Positions 17,592-23,774 of a stretch of 32,000 nt of DNA are shown here, piece by piece. The stretch comes from Ruminococcus sp. (GTDB taxonomy: Bacteria > Bacillota > Clostridia > Oscillospirales > Ruminococcaceae). Each line of letters starts with the position of its first letter. The first letter of the stretch is position 1. A model generated the notes under the pieces. The model searched no databases and was not told the origin of the DNA. It worked only from the letters and a program-made list of their open reading frames with translations. Made by a program: the position numbers and the translations under genes. The stretch is taken from assembly GCA_017475555.1 (NCBI GenBank), contig JAFVFL010000025.1:1-32000 (forward strand), read 5' to 3'.

Positions 17592-18905
17592 TCAGTCGTA
17601 TCTCAGTGCATCTATCGGGTCCATTTTCGCAGCCTTTCCGGCAGGATACAGACCGAAGAACACTCCTGTGAGAGTGGAGAAAATTATTGATATAACTATC
17701 GCTCCGACTGAGGGTGAGATACTGATATTTCCCAGCAGATCACTGTAATCCGGATTGCTGCTGACGATGTTGTTTGCGATCACTCCTACAAGCTCGCTGT
17801 TGAGAAGCCCTATCAATATGCCGATAACTCCGCCGATGAGACAGATGATTATAGCCTCAATGAGGAATTGCAGCTTGATAGTGCTCCGCTTTGCTCCCAG
17901 AGCCTTCCGTATTCCTATCTCACGGGTACGCTCCGTTACAGACACGAGCATGATGTTCATAACGCCTACACCGCCGACAATGAGCGATATTGCGGCAATT
18001 ACCGAGAATATGATAGTAAGTATGTTGATTATCATATCATATATCTCGACCTCGTCCTGGATATTGTATATATATACGTTCCACATACGGTTTTCCTTGT
18101 ACTGTTCATCGAAAAAATCGCATATCTGTGTGTAAGCAACAGAGTTTTCAACGGACAGGTCGTAGAATATCTGTAGATTGTAGAAGCCCTCCTCAGGCAT
18201 AGCCTTCATATCGTTTATCACGTTGTAAGGCAGATATATCGGCGTTACCTTGTCTATTTCCTTTGTGCCGGCAGGAAAGCTGTTCAGCTTCAGCTCTGAA
18301 TATTTGTACACTCCTACGATAGTGAACTCGAACGGATTGCCGTTTTCAAAGCTCACCTCAATGTTCTGACCGATAGGCTCCTCGCCGTTCCTGAAATACT
18401 GTCTTACGAAAATATCCGAAACTATCGCAGAATGCTTATTCTGCTCATTGTCAGCCATTGTGATGTTTCTTCCAGCCTTCAGCTTCAATCCGAAGCTGTC
18501 AAGATATCCGTTCAGCACGCCCTGTATCTGGACGTTTATGTACTGCTTCTCGGAATTTACCACTGTAGCTGAGCTTGAGCCTGTGCTTGCAGCCACCTTG
18601 AATTCTCCGGGATACTGCTCCTCAAGCTCTCTGAGCATATTGAGCGTTATCATATCCTCACTCGTCAGGTAGTAGTCATCATCGTCAAGCCCCTCCACTT
18701 CCTTTTCGTTAATGTACGCAAGGAAGCTGTTTCCGCCCATCGAGCTGAGAGCACGCAGGATAGTGGTTCGGAGCGTACTGCCGAGTGTAGTTATTGTGAT
18801 AACCGCACTGATACCGATTATTATACCCAGCATGGTCAGGAGAGCTCTCATTTTGTTGGCAGCGATAGAGCTGAACGCCATTCTTATGTTCTCAAAAAAG
18901 CTCAT
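17592..18905 (-). CDS. MacB-like ABC transporter permease (MacB periplasmic-core domain plus FtsX domain)
   Basis: An N-terminal TM is followed by an approximately 250-aa extracytoplasmic domain, then a 3-TM FtsX module with EIGIRKALGAKRSTI. ATGA overlap with the ATPase gene. Confidence 0.9.
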   Translation of the reverse strand: MSFFENIRMAFSSIAANKMRALLTMLGIIIGISAVITITTLGSTLRTTILRALSSMGGNSFLAYINEKEVEGLDDDDYYLTSEDMITLNMLRELEEQYPGEFKVAASTGSSSATVVNSEKQYINVQIQGVLNGYLDSFGLKLKAGRNITMADNEQNKHSAIVSDIFVRQYFRNGEEPIGQNIEVSFENGNPFEFTIVGVYKYSELKLNSFPAGTKEIDKVTPIYLPYNVINDMKAMPEEGFYNLQIFYDLSVENSVAYTQICDFFDEQYKENRMWNVYIYNIQDEVEIYDMIINILTIIFSVIAAISLIVGGVGVMNIMLVSVTERTREIGIRKALGAKRSTIKLQFLIEAIIICLIGGVIGILIGLLNSELVGVIANNIVSSNPDYSDLLGNISISPSVGAIVISIIFSTLTGVFFGLYPAGKAAKMDPIDALRYD

Positions 18906-19663
18906 TCCCCGCTCACCTCCGTATTTTCAGCACCGGCATTTTCAGCGGTATTTTCCAGCGTATCGGAGATGACGCTGCCGTCGCTTATCGTGATTATACG
19001 CTCAGTCTCAGAGGCAAGCTCCGGGCTGTGAGTTATCAGGACAATTGTCTTGCCCTCCTGCTTATGGAGCTTGTGGAAGATATTCATAACGAGGTGTCCG
19101 GTCTTTGTGTCAAGTGCTCCGGTAGGCTCATCAGCGAGGATTATCGCCGGGTCATTCGCCATAGCCCTTGCAATTGCAACTCTCTGCTTCTGACCGCCCG
19201 AAAGCTCATTCGGCTGGTGGGTGTACCTGTCCTTCATCCCGACAAGCTCAAGCAGCTCCATAGCCCGCCTGCTTCGTTCCTTTCTCGGAACTCCGGCATA
19301 CATCATGGGCAGCTCGACATTTTTCAGTGCATTCGTTCTCGATATAAGGTTGAAGGTCTGGAACACGAAGCCGATCTTCTGGTTTCTGATATTGCTCAGC
19401 TGCTTGTCATTCAGCCGGCTGATATCCGTTCCGTCGAGGAAATACTCCCCCTCAGTCGGTCTGTCGAGAGCACCTATCATGTTCATCAGCGTACTCTTGC
19501 CTGAGCCGGACGCACCGACGATCGAGACAAATTCCCCCTCATGGATATCGAGGGAAATACCGTTGAGTATCTGCAATTCATTCGGCTGACCTATGTAATA
19601 CCGCTTGATAATGTTTATCATCTGAATGATAGTTTTTGCCATATCATTCACCATCACTGTCAT
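18902..19663 (-). CDS. MacB/LolD-type ABC transporter ATP-binding protein
   Basis: Walker A GASGSGKST, LSGGQKQR and ILADEPTGALD are present. The start is uncertain: ATG 19663 overlaps the HlyD gene by 20 nt, and ATG 19642 lies 2 nt after its stop. Confidence 0.9.
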   Translation of the reverse strand: MTVMVNDMAKTIIQMINIIKRYYIGQPNELQILNGISLDIHEGEFVSIVGASGSGKSTLMNMIGALDRPTEGEYFLDGTDISRLNDKQLSNIRNQKIGFVFQTFNLISRTNALKNVELPMMYAGVPRKERSRRAMELLELVGMKDRYTHQPNELSGGQKQRVAIARAMANDPAIILADEPTGALDTKTGHLVMNIFHKLHKQEGKTIVLITHSPELASETERIITISDGSVISDTLENTAENAGAENTEVSGE

Positions 19664-21098
19664 CGTAGTAGCTGCCGGAGATCCTGAGCCTGTCGCCGTC
19701 TGCGATATAATCCGGCTCAGTAACTATAAGGTCGCCCTCCTTGATACCGGAGGAAATGATCTCGGTCAGATAGCTTGTGTCAAGTCCCTTTTCAACATCA
19801 ACGAGCTTTGCGGTATAGCTGCCGCCGGACTCCTCCGCAACAACGACACTGAAGCTGCCGTCCTTGTTCGTCACGATAGCATCATACGGAACTGCGAGGA
19901 CATCGCTCTTTTCCTCAAGGATTATCTTGACCTTGGCAGTCATGCCTATAAGTAGGGTGTTGTCCGGGTCGTCGAGGGTTATCTCAGCGGAATATCCGCC
20001 GGTAGATTCGCCGGTGTACATATTCACCGACTGATTGCTCATTATATTCACGACTCTGTCAACAGTTCCTGAAAACTCAGTATCACCGGTCGCATTTGCC
20101 GTGATGACAGCCTTCTGACCCTCCTTGACACTGAGGATATCCGCCTCCTTTATCTGCACGTTTATCCTGAGCCTTGAGGTATCTTCGATAGTCATGATAG
20201 CGTCGGTAGTCGGGATACTTCCCTCAGCGGCGTTGAGTGCGGTGATTATCCCGTCCTTTGGTGCGGTCACTGTACACTTGTTTATCCTCTCCTGGAGCTT
20301 GTCGAGCTGGTTCTGTATCGAGTCGTCGGTGGTATATTTCTCGGCATTTATAGCGTCCTGTGCAGCCTGTATCGCAGCGTCGGCGTTCTTTTCGGCAGCT
20401 GAATATGCGTCCCTTGCGTCCTGTACAGCGGAATCGTAGCTGCTGAGGTTTTCGCCGAGAGCGGTATACTCTGCCTCTGCCGCCTGATACTGCTGATAGA
20501 GAGCCTGAGCCTGTTCAAGACCGAGCTCATCGCCCTCAGAGACAGCCTTGTCGTATGCGGAGCTGTACTGGCTGTAGAGGTTATTTGCCTTTTCGACAGT
20601 GCTGTTGTATTTATCGTAGGCTCTGTCACGGGCAGAAACGGCATTGTCAATGATCCTCTGAGCCTGTGCGAGGGCTGACTGCTTGTCGCTCTTTGCGTTG
20701 TCGAGATTACGCTGGTTGATGGTATGCTGATCCTGGTGCTGCTCGCCGGATTTTTCAGAGCTGCTGGTGAGGCTGTCATACTCAGCCTGAAGGTCGCTGC
20801 TGTCGAACACACACAGAACATCGCCCTTTTTGACGCTGCTTCCGAGCTCAACGTTGAGAGATACGATCTTGGTATTCAGGTCGCTTGTTATCTTCACAAG
20901 GTCTGAGCCCTCAACGGTACCCGAAACGCTGATATAGTTTTCAAGGTCGGTCTTTTCGACGGTGTAGGTATCATAGGTCAGACCGCCCTCGGTACTGCTG
21001 CCGCCGCAGGAATACACCGGCATGAGTGCAGCGGCAGATATGCACAATAGTGCTGCCACTTTCTTAAAGAGATTATTTTTCATATAAATTATACTCAT
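19644..21098 (-). CDS. HlyD/MacA-type membrane-fusion (periplasmic adaptor) lipoprotein
   Basis: The signal peptide carries a lipobox (ALMPVYS-C-GG). A lipoyl/barrel-sandwich segment (VKKGDVLCVFD) is followed by a long Ala/Gln/Asp-rich coiled-coil hairpin and a beta-barrel C-terminus. The start may be ATG 21083. Confidence 0.85.
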   Translation of the reverse strand: MSIIYMKNNLFKKVAALLCISAAALMPVYSCGGSSTEGGLTYDTYTVEKTDLENYISVSGTVEGSDLVKITSDLNTKIVSLNVELGSSVKKGDVLCVFDSSDLQAEYDSLTSSSEKSGEQHQDQHTINQRNLDNAKSDKQSALAQAQRIIDNAVSARDRAYDKYNSTVEKANNLYSQYSSAYDKAVSEGDELGLEQAQALYQQYQAAEAEYTALGENLSSYDSAVQDARDAYSAAEKNADAAIQAAQDAINAEKYTTDDSIQNQLDKLQERINKCTVTAPKDGIITALNAAEGSIPTTDAIMTIEDTSRLRINVQIKEADILSVKEGQKAVITANATGDTEFSGTVDRVVNIMSNQSVNMYTGESTGGYSAEITLDDPDNTLLIGMTAKVKIILEEKSDVLAVPYDAIVTNKDGSFSVVVAEESGGSYTAKLVDVEKGLDTSYLTEIISSGIKEGDLIVTEPDYIADGDRLRISGSYYDDSDGE

Positions 21099-21115
21099 TT
21101 ACTTTCAATACGCAC

Positions 21116-21144
21116 ATTATATCACGAAATCAACTATTTGTCAA
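21116..21144 (-). promoter_or_regulatory. perfect-consensus sigma-A promoter for the HlyD-ABC operon
   Basis: On the minus strand: TTGACA (21139-21144), exactly 17 nt, then TATAAT (21116-21121). It is very close to the annotated start codon, which favours the downstream ATG 21083. Confidence 0.5.
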
Positions 21145-21364
21145 TATACCCGGCTGAAAATACAGACGGTAAATGATAGATATGCGTATCAATTGTACTG
21201 TGTACCAAATGTATATTATACTACTGAACTAATACAAGTGGTTCATTAATACAATATGATAATAGCACAATTATCTCCGCTTGTCAAGGGGTTTAAGAAA
21301 TTATTAATGATTTTTTCCTGCTATCGCCAAACGTCTGACCTTGGGTTGGTGCTGATATTCCAGC

Positions 21365-21393
21365 TTGACATCGGACAAAAGCAGTGATAAAAT
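21365..21393 (+). promoter_or_regulatory. sigma-A type promoter (extended -10) for the small-ORF / sigma / serpin operon
   Basis: TTGACA (21365-21370), a 17-nt spacer ending in TGa, then TAAAAT (21388-21393). Confidence 0.55.
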
Positions 21394-21426
21394 AAGCTTA
21401 TCCTATTATTTCCGGAGGAGAAAAAA

Positions 21427-21561
21427 ATGACAGAAAATGAAATAGATAAGGCGGTAAAGGAATTTTTTGATGAGCTGCCGGATGACCTGCCCTTTGAGGA
21501 AACGGTAAAAAGGGTGACGGGGCTTGCTGATGCTGAGAAAAGATATCGTACTCAGAAATAA
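21427..21561 (+). CDS. candidate 44-aa acidic small protein (below the ORF-track cutoff)
   Basis: GGAGGAG (21414-21420) lies 6 nt upstream of ATG 21427. The ORF reads MTENEIDKAVKEFFDELPDDLPFEETVKRVTGLADAEKRYRTQK with TAA at 21559-21561. It sits between the promoter and the sigma gene. Confidence 0.35.
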   Translation: MTENEIDKAVKEFFDELPDDLPFEETVKRVTGLADAEKRYRTQK

Positions 21562-21646
21562 AATGAAAAGCTCGCCCTGAATGTGTAATATTTCCCGATA
21601 AATGCTGTCTTGATAGGTGAAACGGACGAAAGCGAGGTGGAGACCT

Positions 21647-22207
21647 ATGGACGACAACGACATAATCCGGCTTTACTGGGACAGAGACGAGCGTGCAGTC
21701 GCCGAAACATCTGCAAAATACGGACGCTTCTGCATGAATATCGCCATGAATATCCTCGCCGACCACGAGGATTCCGAGGAATGCGTAAATGATACATATT
21801 TGAAAGCGTGGCAGGCTATACCGCCGCAGAAGCCAGCCTTTTTTCAGGCATTTCTCGGAAGGATAACCCGGAATCTGTCACTTAACAGGTACAACAGCCG
21901 GCATACTGCAAAACGGGGCGGTTCTGAGATACCTCTTATACTCGATGAGCTTTGCGAGATCGTCTCCGATAAGGAGGGTACTGAGGACAGGGTGCTCCGC
22001 AAGGAGCTTGTGAATACTATAGACCGGTTCATTTCAGCTCTCCCGGACGAAAAACGCTATATCTTTATCCGCCGCTACTGGTATTCCGACAGTATCTCAG
22101 CTATCGCAGACAGGCTCAAACGCACCGAAAATTCAGTATCAGTCGAGCTTTTCCGGATACGGAAAAAGCTGAGGGCATATCTTACAGAAAGGGGCTATGA
22201 CATATGA
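21647..22207 (+). CDS. sigma-70 family (ECF-type) RNA polymerase sigma factor
   Basis: A region-2-like segment (DSEECVNDTYLKAWQAI) and a region-4 HTH (RYIFIRRYWYSDSISAIADRLKRTENSVSVELFRIRKKLRAYL) are present. ATG 21647 has a GAGGTGGAG RBS. The GTG at 21617 from the ORF track has no RBS. Confidence 0.85.
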   Translation: MDDNDIIRLYWDRDERAVAETSAKYGRFCMNIAMNILADHEDSEECVNDTYLKAWQAIPPQKPAFFQAFLGRITRNLSLNRYNSRHTAKRGGSEIPLILDELCEIVSDKEGTEDRVLRKELVNTIDRFISALPDEKRYIFIRRYWYSDSISAIADRLKRTENSVSVELFRIRKKLRAYLTERGYDI

Positions 22208-23709
22208 AAAAAGAGGATCTTTATGAGCTTATGGGCGACATTGACGAAAACGCCGTTGCAGACGCTGAGAAGCCACCTGCGAGGTCACGGCACCGGTGGA
22301 TAAATCATGCAGCTGCCGCTGCGGTTTTTATCGCAGCCTTCGCAGGAGGAGTCTTTTTTATGGCACATTTTGACCGGAGCAATGATAAAAAATATGATGA
22401 TGTGGCCACTATACCAGAAACAGCGGATAATGCCGGCTTTGGCTACGGCATCCAAAACGCTGTGCTTGCGGCGGCACAATACCCTGAAATGCCGGAATAT
22501 CCCGATGAAACAAAATATCCCTATGGCAAAGGGCATGAAGAAGCATACAGCGAATGGGCTTCCTTCAAGCGAGAGCTGCGGGAGCAGCCGCCGGGCTATA
22601 AGGACGGATACGATACTTTTTTCACAAGCAGCGTGAGGACATTTCTGAACGGCACCGGCAGCGGGAATATGATATACTCCCCGGTAAGCCTTTACATGGC
22701 TCTTGGAATGTCGGCGGAGATAACTGACGGAAATACCCGGCAGCAGATACTTGATGTTCTTGCCCAGGACGATATCGACACCCTGCGGCAGCATTTTAAG
22801 TCGATATGGCTTGCGAACTATAACAATGACGGAATGGGCAGTCTTGTGCTTGCGGATTCGCTCTGGCTCAGCAATCATTATTCGTACAATAAGAACACGG
22901 CAGACCTGCTTGCTGATAATTATTATTCCTCTGTATATTCAGGTGACCCCGGCACGGAGGAATATAACTCACTCATGCACGACTGGCTCAACAAGCAGAC
23001 TGACGGGCTTTTGTCGGATCATGTGTCCGGGATCGAAATGCCGCCGGATATGTTCGTCATGCTTGCTTCAACGGTGAATTACAGCGGAAAGTGGGGGCAG
23101 CAGTTCAATTATAATAATACAGCTCCCGGAACCTTCCATTCTCCTGATGCGGACGTACAGTGTGATTTCATGCACGATACCAAATATGACGGACTTGAGT
23201 GCGGAGAGAATTTCATCTCCATAGACCTCGGTCTTGCAGGCAACGGGAAAATGAGACTGATACTGCCTGATGAGGGTATCACGCCGGAGGAGCTTCTTGG
23301 CGATGACAGCGTTATGAAATTCATGCTTGGGAATACGAATTACGTGACCACAAAAGACGTTGAGGTAAAGCTTACTGTGCCGAAATTTGACGTATCGTCC
23401 AGCATTGACATGATAGACGGGTTGCAGGAGCTTGGCATAACTGACCTGTTCAGCTCTGAAAGCTCCGACTTTTCTCCGCTCTCGGACAGTGCCGCTGGTG
23501 TTTCCGTTTCAAAGGTCGAGCAGGACACAAGAGTGACCATAGACGAGGAGGGCTGCCGTGCTTCTGCATTTACAGTAATGGTGGCGATGGGTGGATGGCT
23601 GCCGGACGAAACGGCAGAGCTTACAATAGACAGACCATTCATATTCGAGATAATAAGCGAGACAGGACTGCCTGTATTCGTCGGGATAGTAAACGACCCT
23701 ACACGATAA
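22204..23709 (+). CDS. single-pass membrane protein: short cytoplasmic anti-sigma-like N-terminus, TM helix, linker and an extracytoplasmic serpin domain
   Basis: ATGA overlap with the sigma gene. TM at aa 32-56 (WINHAAAAAVFIAAFAGGVFFMAHF) is preceded by RSRHR. Serpin motifs: NMIYSPVSLYMALGMSAEITDGNTRQQILDVL, the hinge DEEGCRASAF, and LTIDRPFIFEI (aa 473-483), which fits the serpin signature pattern [LIVMFY]-x-[LIVMFYAC]-[DNQ]-[RKHQS]-[PST]-F-[LIVMFY]-[LIVMFYC]-x-[LIVMFAH]. Confidence 0.8.
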   Translation: MKKEDLYELMGDIDENAVADAEKPPARSRHRWINHAAAAAVFIAAFAGGVFFMAHFDRSNDKKYDDVATIPETADNAGFGYGIQNAVLAAAQYPEMPEYPDETKYPYGKGHEEAYSEWASFKRELREQPPGYKDGYDTFFTSSVRTFLNGTGSGNMIYSPVSLYMALGMSAEITDGNTRQQILDVLAQDDIDTLRQHFKSIWLANYNNDGMGSLVLADSLWLSNHYSYNKNTADLLADNYYSSVYSGDPGTEEYNSLMHDWLNKQTDGLLSDHVSGIEMPPDMFVMLASTVNYSGKWGQQFNYNNTAPGTFHSPDADVQCDFMHDTKYDGLECGENFISIDLGLAGNGKMRLILPDEGITPEELLGDDSVMKFMLGNTNYVTTKDVEVKLTVPKFDVSSSIDMIDGLQELGITDLFSSESSDFSPLSDSAAGVSVSKVEQDTRVTIDEEGCRASAFTVMVAMGGWLPDETAELTIDRPFIFEIISETGLPVFVGIVNDPTR

Positions 23710-23726
23710 AACGCTATGACAAGCTG

Positions 23727-23759
23727 AAAGGGACACTCTGCAATGCAGGGTGTCCCTTT
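23727..23759. terminator. bidirectional terminator between the convergent serpin gene and dockerin-hydrolase gene
   Basis: AAAGGGACACTCTGCA / TGCAGGGTGTCCCTTT form a 15-16 bp stem with one mismatch. It is flanked by A-runs on one side and T-runs on the other. Confidence 0.7.
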
Positions 23760-23774
23760 GTTACTGTGTTATTG

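Noticed and set aside
21099-21426. I looked for an ECF-type (AAC...CGT) autoregulatory promoter, and noted the direct repeat TAATACAA (about 21231 and 21249), in the divergent intergenic region.
   Set aside because: I could not find a convincing ECF-like -35/-10 pair by eye. The 8-bp AT-rich repeat is not distinguishable from chance in an AT-rich region.
22204-22371. I considered reading the serpin protein as an ordinary secreted serpin with a signal peptide.
   Set aside because: The hydrophobic span starts only at residue 32, after a 31-aa charged region, and no AXA-like cleavage site follows it. The gene's start also overlaps the sigma gene stop. A type II membrane anchor with an anti-sigma-like arrangement fits better. 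Cleavage cannot be excluded without experiment.
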